Virus record (IMG/VR): IMGVR_UViG_3300002520_000024
Span: 1 to 64,000 of that record
Length of the DNA: 64,000 nt
Source: a virus
Direction: 5' to 3' (one strand)
The position numbers were made by a program, and so were the translations under genes. Of this stretch, positions 41,635 to 49,593 are shown one piece after another (position 1 is the first letter of the stretch; every line of letters begins with the position of its first letter). The notes under the pieces were generated by a model that saw nothing but the letters and a program-made list of their open reading frames with translations, had not been told where the DNA came from and ran no database searches.

Positions 41635-42207
41635 ATGAAGATTTCAATGGGCAAGCATTTTGAAGTTCCGAAGGCAGCTGTGCTGGAGGCCATCTGGTAC
41701 AAACGTGATCAGATCCATGACGCGGCATGGTTGGCCGGTATCCCAGGGCGAAAGGTGCCTGCGAGCGCGTTGATCCGCAACGCTGGGCCTACAGGATTCT
41801 GGTTGGTGATGGCGCACCTGATGCGCTGCACCTCGGTCGGCAAGGAGCTGGCGTCGCATCTACACGCCAGCATGGTGGGGCACACCGAGGAACTGCTGCA
41901 GGAGATTAAGGCAGATCTGTTCCCGGGGGACGACAGCCGTGACATCACTGAAAAGGAAATAGAGCGGCTGGTTACCGGGGCCGACCCGTTGACCCTGAAC
42001 TCCCTGGTGTGCCTGCTGCACTTGACCCGTGCCCAGCATTACCTGCAGGTGCCTAACCACATGGGTTACAAGGCTGCTGCGCAGGCTGCTAAGGCCTTGG
42101 CCCTTTGCTGGGGGAGCAACGAACTGGCCTACCGGATGTACGCCTCGCCGGTAATCTGCAACCCCGAGCACAAGTACGTAATCCACACCCTGGAGATTGT
42201 TGCTTAA
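41635..42207 (+). CDS. hypothetical protein
   Basis: 190-aa ORF. RBS GGAGAAA. Confidence 0.6.
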   Translation: MKISMGKHFEVPKAAVLEAIWYKRDQIHDAAWLAGIPGRKVPASALIRNAGPTGFWLVMAHLMRCTSVGKELASHLHASMVGHTEELLQEIKADLFPGDDSRDITEKEIERLVTGADPLTLNSLVCLLHLTRAQHYLQVPNHMGYKAAAQAAKALALCWGSNELAYRMYASPVICNPEHKYVIHTLEIVA

Positions 42208-42210
42208 ATC

Positions 42211-42253
42211 TGCGGGGTAGCTCACAGCAATGCGCCGCGGTAATGGGTAGTAT
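42211..42253 (+). promoter_or_regulatory. class-II-type promoter with CRP-like dyad
   Basis: Dyad TGCGGGGTAGCTCACA at 42211-42226. -10 TAGTAT at 42248-42253, 29 nt from the centre. Confidence 0.5.
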
Positions 42254-42280
42254 CTATTCATCAACAAGAGGAGACGCGAC

Positions 42281-42626
42281 ATGTTAGAGAAAAGCATTCT
42301 GGCCATAGTGCTTGGCTATGTGGTGTTGACTTTCAGCGGCAATGCCGACGCCAGCCAGAACACCCACTGCCGATACCGGCGTGCGCAGCAAAACGGTAGT
42401 GAGCAGCGCCGGCAGCAACTCCACCTGGGTGATTACCACTGACAGTACAGGGTATCGCACCAAGGAGCTGAAGGTGGTCTCGGGTCGCGTCTCAGTAGTT
42501 TCAGGGTCTGACAACAATGGCGGCCGGTGGTCGAGCACCACGATAGCCACCGGCATCGATATTTCCGATACTGTCAGCATCGCCGATACAACCGGCATCG
42601 CTGATGAAATGTCCATCCAACGATAA
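42281..42626 (+). pseudogene. secreted Ser/Thr-rich protein gene with a frame change after the signal peptide
   Basis: ATG 42281 has a strong RBS (AGAGGAG) and encodes the signal peptide MLEKSILAIVLGYVVLTFSGNADA, then runs into an Arg-rich tail and stops at 42442. The protein-like mature part is in another frame (42342..42626), which has no RBS. Confidence 0.5.
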
Positions 42627-42637
42627 AGAGAGACAAG

Positions 42638-42955
42638 ATGAATTTGCCACCGCACAAGATTATTTTTAAGGACGAGCGCAGTATCCTGGTCGAGTTTGAG
42701 ATTGGCGATGGCCTCAAGCCGCTTCGCCAGCTCTACACCAACGAGGAGCATGCTACCATGCAGGAGCTGGAAGTTGATGCGCACCTCCTCCTTAACGAGG
42801 TTGGTGACGTGACCGGTGTGGTGCCGCATGACCTGCTGGAGATGCACGGCGGACTCGAAAACTACAAAGAGTTCATCGCCGAGCAGATCGGGGCGACTGT
42901 GGTGCCTTGCGTAATCGTACCTTGGGGGTATTCACATGTTGATGGATCTGCTTAA
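42638..42955 (+). CDS. hypothetical protein
   Basis: 105-aa ORF. RBS AGAGAGA. Confidence 0.6.
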   Translation: MNLPPHKIIFKDERSILVEFEIGDGLKPLRQLYTNEEHATMQELEVDAHLLLNEVGDVTGVVPHDLLEMHGGLENYKEFIAEQIGATVVPCVIVPWGYSHVDGSA

Positions 42956-43304
42956 CCTGCTGCTCGATATCGTCAAGGGTTACTTGACGGTTGGCCTGCT
43001 GCTGGCGATTGGTGTGTGCTGCCGCTGGCTCTACAGCGAACGCAAGCACTACGGCAGCATGGAGAACGTTAACTGGCTCCTGCTGATGGGCTGTGGCTTT
43101 GGCCTCTTGGTGTTCTGGCTGCCGGTGGCTGCGAGTATCGGGGACTTCCTTTACCGGCGTCACCTGAACAGGGTGGCCCGCAAGAAGCAGGCGGAGAAGC
43201 CGGTGATGCGCATGTCACCTGGCCCGGCTCTGCGGAAGCACCACAGCCAGATCCTGCGAGAAACCCTACCGGTTGACGAGCACGAGGAGAGCGGCGGGGT
43301 ATGA
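42936..43304 (+). CDS. membrane protein (2 TM) with basic tail
   Basis: 122-aa ORF. Confidence 0.55.
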   Translation: MLMDLLNLLLDIVKGYLTVGLLLAIGVCCRWLYSERKHYGSMENVNWLLLMGCGFGLLVFWLPVAASIGDFLYRRHLNRVARKKQAEKPVMRMSPGPALRKHHSQILRETLPVDEHEESGGV

Positions 43305-43921
43305 TCCAGATCGGTCAATCCGGCGTCCAGCTTAAAACCAGCAGCCGCATTGCAGAGGCCATCGCGTTCGACCTAATGGCGTGGTGGCATCTGCGCAGCC
43401 GCTCGGTGAAGTGGATAGTGCCGAACATCTACGTGTTGAACTGGTTTGAGGCTGATGTGTGCGCCATCAGGACACCTGGCCTTATCGACGAGTTCGAGAT
43501 CAAGATCAGCAGATCTGACTTTCTCGCCGACGCCAAGAAGCGGGATAAGTTCGGGGACAATCGAAAGACCAAGCACGAGCGCCTTGCAGCTGGGGTGGAC
43601 GAGCACCCTCTTGCAGCCTTCTGGTTTGTAACGCCGCCGGGGATAATCAAGCCAGGCGAGCTGCCAGAGTTCGCTGGCCACATTGAGGTTGAGTTCCCCA
43701 GACCTGGTGAAAAGGTTCGCTGCCTCTTGAGCCATAAGATGAAAGTCGACATGGCCTCCTTCACCATTGTGAAGCATGCCCCAAAGCTGCGTAGGCAATC
43801 AGATGAAGCAGGCGTCGCAGCCGTAAACTCCGCACTCGCCATCATGGCCTATCGATATCTTGACCAGTTGAAGAAAGGCTACCACCTGCACAAGCCGGTG
43901 AGTCGCTACACCGAGGAGTGA
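43301..43921 (+). CDS. PD-(D/E)XK-fold protein (MmcB-like)
   Basis: FEADVCAIRTPGLIDEFEIKISRSDFLADAKK fits the D...ExK core of MmcB-type nuclease-fold proteins. Confidence 0.5.
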   Translation: MIQIGQSGVQLKTSSRIAEAIAFDLMAWWHLRSRSVKWIVPNIYVLNWFEADVCAIRTPGLIDEFEIKISRSDFLADAKKRDKFGDNRKTKHERLAAGVDEHPLAAFWFVTPPGIIKPGELPEFAGHIEVEFPRPGEKVRCLLSHKMKVDMASFTIVKHAPKLRRQSDEAGVAAVNSALAIMAYRYLDQLKKGYHLHKPVSRYTEE

Positions 43922-43925
43922 TCGC

Positions 43926-44426
43926 ATGTGGTGCCCTATCGACAAAGAGAGCAACGTTGAACGGCTGGCGCGGTGGGCCTTGGCCAAAGGTGACTGGGTG
44001 TGCTCTGGTGATGTGCCTGCTGAGTTTGGCAAGACTGCAAGGCTTCGAGCCTGCGCATTCAATAACCTTTGCCGAAATAAGCGTTTCGTGAAAGAGGTTG
44101 AGATTCGTGACTCAGTGGTGGTTCGTGGGGCCAGGAACACCAGGGTGAAGTCGAAGTTTGTTAAGGTGACGCAGGTCAACGATCGGCGAGACATCCCACG
44201 ACCTATCATGGGGGTCAATGCGAAGACGGGGCAGGTGGCGGAGTTCGCCAGCCTGCATGAGGTTGAGAAGAAAGGTGGTTTCGATCTACCAGATGTGAGG
44301 CTTGCGCTTTCAGGATTGTCTAGGGTTCAAGGCAATGGCTTCTCTCGTGATAAGCACCCTGACAAGGTGATGCCCTGTTACAGCCAGGGCTACATCTGGC
44401 TCGACCTGACTAAAATAACACCATAG
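43926..44426 (+). CDS. hypothetical DNA-binding-like protein
   Basis: 166-aa ORF. C-terminal VAEFASLHEVEKKGGFDLPDVRLAL resembles NUMOD/IENR-type motifs. Confidence 0.45.
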   Translation: MWCPIDKESNVERLARWALAKGDWVCSGDVPAEFGKTARLRACAFNNLCRNKRFVKEVEIRDSVVVRGARNTRVKSKFVKVTQVNDRRDIPRPIMGVNAKTGQVAEFASLHEVEKKGGFDLPDVRLALSGLSRVQGNGFSRDKHPDKVMPCYSQGYIWLDLTKITP

Positions 44427-44450
44427 GCCGCTACCCGCGGCCTTTTCTTT
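44426..44450 (+). terminator. rho-independent terminator
   Basis: GGCCGC-taccc-GCGGCC followed by TTTTCTTT. Confidence 0.75.
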
Positions 44451-44504
44451 GCCTGCTGTCCGGCGGTACACTACCCAAGCACAAACATCAGAGGAGTGCA
44501 TGCC

Positions 44505-44765
44505 GTGGATCTACTCAGTATTCTAGCCGGGTACAGCCCGGTGCTCATTGGCTGGCTGTTCAACCTGCTCTATATGGTGACAGCTGTCGTTACAGTTTTC
44601 TGGGTGCTGCGCCACCTGGACAAAAGGCTTGGGGTGAACTTCCGTGATACTTTACTTCCTATCCTTACCTCTAACCCAATCGCTTTGGCGATATATCGTG
44701 GCGCTTGGATTTTTGGTTGCTGCCTGCTGGCCGGCCTCATGCTCGGCGGCGGTGGAGTCGGTTAA
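44505..44765 (+). CDS. holin candidate (3 TM)
   Basis: GTG 44505 lies 8 nt after GAGGAG. Three hydrophobic helices. Immediately upstream of the endolysin. Confidence 0.55.
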   Translation: MDLLSILAGYSPVLIGWLFNLLYMVTAVVTVFWVLRHLDKRLGVNFRDTLLPILTSNPIALAIYRGAWIFGCCLLAGLMLGGGGVG

Positions 44766-45279
44766 GCCGTCGATCTCGGCCAGCATTCGGCAGGCCTGGG
44801 CCAGGTCGCTCCCTGAGTATCGCTGGGAGCTTGGGTTGGGGCAGGCCTACCAGGAGTCACGGTACCGGCTTGATGCCGTGTCACCTGTAGGCGCCCAAGG
44901 GTTGTTCCAGTTCATGCCTGGCACTTGGCGAGACATGCAAAAGCGTGGGGTAGTGCCGTTCGACGTATCGGCGTTCGATCCTAAATGGGCGACCATAGCC
45001 GGTGCGGTCTATATGGCCCAGCTGGTTAAAAGCTGGAGCAGCCCACGCCCTTTGCGGGATCGCTACCTGCTGGCGCTGGCCTCGTACAACGCCGGGCTTG
45101 GAAACATCCTGGCAGCACAGAAGCGGTGCCGTGGTGCGGTGCTGTATGAGGAAATCATGACCTGCCTGCCGATGGTAACAGGTCACCACTCGAAGGAGAC
45201 AATAGGCTATGGGCGCTCAATTGAAGGTCATGTTGCTCGTTATCTCGCTGTGTCTGGTGGTCGCCGCTTGGATTGGTAG
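44644..45279 (+). CDS. SLT-domain lytic transglycosylase (endolysin), possibly signal-anchored
   Basis: YQESRY (catalytic Glu), GLFQFMPGTW and ASYNAGLGN. Start uncertain: GTG 44644 would give the hydrophobic N-terminus IVALGFLVAACWPASCSAA, or GTG 44752. Confidence 0.75.
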   Translation: MILYFLSLPLTQSLWRYIVALGFLVAACWPASCSAAVESVKPSISASIRQAWARSLPEYRWELGLGQAYQESRYRLDAVSPVGAQGLFQFMPGTWRDMQKRGVVPFDVSAFDPKWATIAGAVYMAQLVKSWSSPRPLRDRYLLALASYNAGLGNILAAQKRCRGAVLYEEIMTCLPMVTGHHSKETIGYGRSIEGHVARYLAVSGGRRLDW

Positions 45280-45643
45280 CCTTTACCTGGCTTTCGATTA
45301 CGGAGGAACCCTGTGCAGGGCTGACGTTGCTGAGGCCAACGCCGAGAAGGTGGTAGAGAAAGATCAGCTGCAGGGGGACCTGGCTGGCGTGGAGAACAAG
45401 ACTGCAAAGGAGCTTGCCGAGGTAGGGAAGAACAGGCCACAGCTGACACGCGAGGTGGTTCGATATGAAACGGTTTATGTTAATCGCTCTCGTGATTGTG
45501 CAGACGCTAATGCTGAGCGCCTGCGCATCCTCAACGAAGCAGCCGGGGCACAACCTGGACCCGGACAGTTACCCAGCGCAGCTGATGACACCACCGGAGC
45601 CAACGATCTACGTGGACCCAAAGGCAGAGGCAACGCTGATTGA
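45209..45643 (+). CDS. i-spanin (Rz-like)
   Basis: N-terminal TM segment, coiled-coil periplasmic part, and position after the endolysin. Confidence 0.65.
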   Translation: MGAQLKVMLLVISLCLVVAAWIGSLYLAFDYGGTLCRADVAEANAEKVVEKDQLQGDLAGVENKTAKELAEVGKNRPQLTREVVRYETVYVNRSRDCADANAERLRILNEAAGAQPGPGQLPSAADDTTGANDLRGPKGRGNAD

Positions 45644-45749
45644 CGAGGTTGCCCGCATGGAGCAGTTGAGAACCTGGAGGCTGCAGCTTATCGGGTTGCA
45701 GGAATGGGTTAACGAACTCTACCGGAAGAATAAGGAAAAGCCCCAGTGA
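45465..45749 (+). CDS. o-spanin lipoprotein (Rz1-like), overlapping the Rz gene in another frame
   Basis: Signal peptide with lipobox LSAC. Pro-rich mature N-terminus. Confidence 0.65.
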   Translation: MKRFMLIALVIVQTLMLSACASSTKQPGHNLDPDSYPAQLMTPPEPTIYVDPKAEATLIDEVARMEQLRTWRLQLIGLQEWVNELYRKNKEKPQ

Positions 45750-45764
45750 TGGGGCTTTTTGTTT
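45739..45764 (+). terminator. rho-independent terminator
   Basis: AGCCCC-agtgat-GGGGCT followed by TTTTTGTTT. Confidence 0.75.
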
Positions 45765-45765
45765 A

Positions 45766-46353
45766 TCATTGGCTGCGCGGCTGCAGCGACCAGCCCCAGT
45801 TGCTGATCGGGCAGATTATAAGCGCCCCACCAGGAGCAGCCGCCTTCTGGTAGTCATAACCGGTAAGAATCATTGTCAGGCGGGTGTGCAGGGCCTCTAC
45901 ATCCTTCTGGCTGTATCTGACCACCCGGCTACCGCTGTTATTGGCAGTGACCACCGTCAGCTCAAAGGCTGCCAGCAGTACCTCGGTGATGGTGTGCTGC
46001 GACAGCTTGGATGCGTCCAGTGTCCCGAGGTCTGACCCCTTCGCCAGGATCTGGCCTGCAGCGTCGAACAGTTCAAGGTCATTGCGTCCAATGTAGAAGG
46101 ATACGACCTCCCCCTTGGATGTAGCCCCCCACGGGTAGCAATATCTCAGGCTCAGGGTTATCAGGGTCTGGTCCTCCCCCACCCGGCGACTGAAGCCAGC
46201 CTCCCAGGTGTACCCAGCATTCATACGACCGTCCTGGGTGAGGTACAGGCCCACAATCTTGGCGTCGGCCTCTTTCAACCCGGGGGCTATGGCGTGCAGC
46301 GGGATGTGTTTGAGCATGTCGCTATTGGAGCGCAGGATATTAATGTTGACCAT
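45766..46353 (-). CDS. hypothetical protein; lone reverse-oriented gene (moron-like)
   Basis: ATG 46353 (MVNINILR) preceded by AAGGAGGA. Has its own promoter. No family recognised. Confidence 0.7.
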   Translation of the reverse strand: MVNINILRSNSDMLKHIPLHAIAPGLKEADAKIVGLYLTQDGRMNAGYTWEAGFSRRVGEDQTLITLSLRYCYPWGATSKGEVVSFYIGRNDLELFDAAGQILAKGSDLGTLDASKLSQHTITEVLLAAFELTVVTANNSGSRVVRYSQKDVEALHTRLTMILTGYDYQKAAAPGGALIICPISNWGWSLQPRSQ

Positions 46354-46377
46354 ATGGTCCTCCTTAGTGGTGAGCCA

Positions 46378-46447
46378 ACTATACCAGCAGGCTTGCGCAA
46401 TTACTGTGAGGTGGCGCACAGTAATAACCCGCTGGCTTTGGTACTCT
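46378..46447. promoter_or_regulatory. bidirectional promoter sharing one CRP-like dyad
   Basis: Dyad TGTGAGGTGGCGCACA at 46405-46420. Minus-strand -10 TATAGT at 46378-46383 and plus-strand -10 TACTCT at 46442-46447, each 29 nt from the centre. Confidence 0.6.
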
Positions 46448-46477
46448 GCCACGGTATTGCATCACCAGGAGACGATC

Positions 46478-46678
46478 ATGACTGAATATCTTTGCGAGGC
46501 AAACGCCCCGCTGCTATGGCCCACGGTGTATCTGATGACCATGGCTGGGGTGGTGATTGCTGCCACTTTTGCCGTGCTCGCCGCCCTGCTGGACAAGGCA
46601 AACAACCGCCTGCCTGTGGCAATGCTGCAAACGTGGCTCTTGTGCTGCTGGCTGCCATTTATGTCTGGGTGTCGATAG
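46478..46678 (+). CDS. small membrane protein
   Basis: ATG 46478 preceded by GGAG. One clear TM segment. The C-terminal part may continue in the overlapping frame (46492..46749). Confidence 0.45.
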   Translation: MTEYLCEANAPLLWPTVYLMTMAGVVIAATFAVLAALLDKANNRLPVAMLQTWLLCCWLPFMSGCR

Positions 46679-46739
46679 CCGCTATCCTCCTTGCGCCTAC
46701 CCTGTGGCGGGAGATGGCCACACTCATTGGAGGTGCCAT

Positions 46740-47492
46740 ATGTTCGTGATAGGCAAACCTGCGGCGCCTAAGTCTTTCCAGCTCGGCCTTGGCTTTGTCG
46801 AGTCGGCCCCTGTGCCGGAAGGCCTCAACCTCAGCGCCATTGCAGAGGAGCAGCGGCTGGCGGTAGACCAAGCCAACGAGGCTATCCAGGAGCTGATTGA
46901 CGAGCGCGAGGCTGAGGCTATTGCCAAGGTCAGGGCTGCCGAGTACAGCGAGTGGCAAGACCAGCAGGCTGAGGTAGCAAAGATAAAGCCGGCGGAGCGC
47001 CGCTACAGTTACCCTGGCGTGGGCACCACTGACGTCTGCGTGGATCTGATCCAGGTTGACAGCTTCACCCGGTCAATGCCAAACCCCGAGTACCATCGCG
47101 GCGCCGGTGCGGCAGAGACGATCGAGGAGCTGGTGTGCCATTACGCCTGCAATCTGCAACAGCCGGCAGAAGACTGGGCTGAGGACTACACCATGTGCAC
47201 TGTCCGCGCCTTGTTGAAGGTGAAGACGGTGAACGGCACGGCCAGCGTCTATACCATTGAGGTGTACCTCGGGGAAAAATACATCGGCTACACCTCGCAA
47301 TTTTGCCCGAATAATTGGGGTGTCCACATGGCTTGGCCGGGGCAGGGACGTAGCGACGAGCCGCACCCCGTACCTGCCAAGAGCACCAGCTGGGTGGTTG
47401 GCGTCAACTGCGCGAAAATGCCGGAAGCAGCAGATCCGCTGTACCCGTGGCCGATCATCAAGTCGATGGTCAACTACCATCTAAACAACTAG
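46740..47492 (+). CDS. hypothetical protein
   Basis: ATG 46740 preceded by GGAGGT. Confidence 0.65.
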   Translation: MFVIGKPAAPKSFQLGLGFVESAPVPEGLNLSAIAEEQRLAVDQANEAIQELIDEREAEAIAKVRAAEYSEWQDQQAEVAKIKPAERRYSYPGVGTTDVCVDLIQVDSFTRSMPNPEYHRGAGAAETIEELVCHYACNLQQPAEDWAEDYTMCTVRALLKVKTVNGTASVYTIEVYLGEKYIGYTSQFCPNNWGVHMAWPGQGRSDEPHPVPAKSTSWVVGVNCAKMPEAADPLYPWPIIKSMVNYHLNN

Positions 47493-47503
47493 GAGACGAT
47501 GAC

Positions 47504-48040
47504 ATGTCGAAAATGATAATGGCGCTCAAGAATCTTTTCAGTGCAGAGCCGGAGTTCGACTACGAGAAGATCCTGCGCGAGAAGGTTGATGCCTTTCTGG
47601 TAAAGCGGACTGCGCAGCGTCGGGTTGAAGGCAAGCTAGTCCCGGTTGGTACCAACGCAATTTTGCGGGTTGCGATCTTGCGGGCAGCGGTGCGGGCTTT
47701 CGAGCTGGCAAACGAGGTCTATGATCCGCAGGTAAACGGCACAGTTTATCTGGCGGTACCGTTCGATATTGATTTCCAGGACGACCGCTGGCCGTGGTTG
47801 GTGCAGTTTCCAGCATTGACAGATGGCATGTATCTGGCGCACATGAAGGCTATCCGAGATGTTTGCGCACAGGTGCAAGATAATAACCAGGGTCTGAAAG
47901 AAATTGCTGGGTCAGCTTTCGTCATCATGGAGCCGAAGGAATTAGCCATGGCTACCAAGGTGCTTATTCGTCGGATGGTCAAGGAATCTGAGGACAATAA
48001 ATTACCGATGCGAGTTTTTAGCGTAAAAATCAGAGAGTGA
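47504..48040 (+). CDS. hypothetical protein
   Basis: ATG 47504 preceded by AGGAGA. Confidence 0.65.
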   Translation: MSKMIMALKNLFSAEPEFDYEKILREKVDAFLVKRTAQRRVEGKLVPVGTNAILRVAILRAAVRAFELANEVYDPQVNGTVYLAVPFDIDFQDDRWPWLVQFPALTDGMYLAHMKAIRDVCAQVQDNNQGLKEIAGSAFVIMEPKELAMATKVLIRRMVKESEDNKLPMRVFSVKIRE

Positions 48041-48157
48041 TCACAAAAATAAAATATGGGGCTTGGCCACAAAAAATAAAAGCTGTAATGTGGGGGCCTC
48101 TGATAGCGAAGAAGTTTTTCACCGAAGCAAAAAACCCCTGAAGGAAAGGAGAGTACC

Positions 48158-49132
48158 ATGTCTCAACAAGAACCCTCCATCAAGATTGCCATCCAGCTCG
48201 CCCCTGCTTACCAGCTGGACGTGCTCACCGTAGGCACCTCTGACCAGGCAGTATCTGACAAGCTGGCCCAAACCATGGCGCCGCTGTATCAGGCTGCTAC
48301 GGCAAACCAGGACTACAGTGCCATGGCTCCGGCAGTCTTCGATGCAATCGTCGACAGCCTCAAGTCGGCGTTCGCTGTAAGCAACCTGCCGTATACCGAC
48401 CACCTGGCCGGTGCTCAGGCGATGATCAGCCAGTTGCAGGACAAGCTGGCAAGTTTCGAGGCCCAAGCTCAAGCCGCGGTAAACGCCGCCTATGAGAAAG
48501 GCCGTTCCGAAGCTGTAGCAGCTGCCACGCAAGGCGGCCAGGTTTCCGGTGGTGGTTTGACCATCCATCTGGACACTGACGCCGTGGCTCGCCAGCTCCT
48601 GCTGGCCATGGGCAGCCAACCGGCAGCCGCACAGGCTCAGGCCAACGCTGGCCAAGCCCAGGCCAATGCCGCGCAGAACCAGGGTGGTTTGTCCCTGGGC
48701 AGCGGAGTAATGCTGGGAAAGCATGAGGCGGTACAGGAGTCTAGTGCACAACCTGTAACCGCGTCCGGTGCAACAACCAGCCAGGCCCTTGCCGCAGCTT
48801 CCCAAGAAGCATCGCTCTATGCCATTAACCCTGCGACCATCGGTTCAGGTGAAGGCTCGGGTGGCGGCATTGTGAATACCTCCAATGCTGCTGGTAAAAC
48901 CGTGGCCCAAGTCCGCGGCGATACCAACCTGGAGAAAGTAGGCTTGCCGACAGCCAAGAAGAAGTACGCTGCTGGTTCTATCATCTACATCCTGCCGTCC
49001 AGTGACAGCGCCCAATGGGACGAGAAGCTGGCAGTAATCGCAGACCCGAAAGAGGGTGGTGATCTGGAGCAGGTTGCTGAGGGTGCCAAGGTGGTGCTGA
49101 TGAAGACCCTGCACTACTACGCTGAGCTGTAA
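48158..49132 (+). CDS. hypothetical Ala/Gln-rich protein
   Basis: 324-aa ORF. RBS AAGGAGAG. Low-complexity centre. Confidence 0.65.
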   Translation: MSQQEPSIKIAIQLAPAYQLDVLTVGTSDQAVSDKLAQTMAPLYQAATANQDYSAMAPAVFDAIVDSLKSAFAVSNLPYTDHLAGAQAMISQLQDKLASFEAQAQAAVNAAYEKGRSEAVAAATQGGQVSGGGLTIHLDTDAVARQLLLAMGSQPAAAQAQANAGQAQANAAQNQGGLSLGSGVMLGKHEAVQESSAQPVTASGATTSQALAAASQEASLYAINPATIGSGEGSGGGIVNTSNAAGKTVAQVRGDTNLEKVGLPTAKKKYAAGSIIYILPSSDSAQWDEKLAVIADPKEGGDLEQVAEGAKVVLMKTLHYYAEL

Positions 49133-49153
49133 GGCCCGGATGACTGCTAAACT

Positions 49154-49180
49154 AAATGGGGCCGTGTGCCCCATTTTCAT
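49154..49180 (+). terminator. rho-independent terminator (weak T-run)
   Basis: TGGGGC-cgtgt-GCCCCA followed by TTTT. Confidence 0.55.
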
Positions 49181-49192
49181 TTGGAGGTTCCC

Positions 49193-49546
49193 ATGGAACG
49201 CCCGCATTTCAATGAGTACCCTGACACCGGCGCCATCGCGCTGATCGTAGACGCTGACCTGTTGCGTGGGCCTAGCGAGATGTCGCCGAATACCCTTGAG
49301 GTTGGCACTGAGGTTGTTGTGATTTTCAACGACCTGATCGAGGACGGGCTGGCCAGCATCCATGACAATCTGGTGCCATGCCTCCCCCGCCAATACCTCG
49401 GGGATCTCGACCCTCGCAGCAATGACCTTGCCACTAGGACAGCGATTTTGGATCTGTTCAACCGCTTTGGCGATTATATGCGCTGGAAAAAAGAGGGGCC
49501 TGATTCCCTCCTGCCTGCAAATATTGTGCCATTGCCGGAGGGTTAA
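49193..49546 (+). CDS. hypothetical protein (small-terminase position)
   Basis: ATG 49193 preceded by GGAGG. Directly upstream of the large terminase. No motif support. Confidence 0.5.
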   Translation: MERPHFNEYPDTGAIALIVDADLLRGPSEMSPNTLEVGTEVVVIFNDLIEDGLASIHDNLVPCLPRQYLGDLDPRSNDLATRTAILDLFNRFGDYMRWKKEGPDSLLPANIVPLPEG

Positions 49547-49593
49547 TAGCCGGTGTACCATTGGGCCAGACTCGCCTTTATAGGATCTGGCCC

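Noticed and set aside
46401-46425. LexA (SOS) box: TACTGTGAGGTGGCGCACAGTA
   Set aside because: The CTGT and ACAG arms are separated by 10 nt rather than the 8 nt of the gammaproteobacterial LexA box. The site fits the TGTGA-N6-(T/G)CACA dyad family and its fixed -41.5 geometry instead.
48030-48100. CACAAAAATAAAA / CCACAAAAAATAAAAGC motifs resembling the 7.5-kb and 16.4-kb TTTCCACAAA repeats
   Set aside because: The similarity is confined to A-rich low-complexity sequence, and the flanks do not align.
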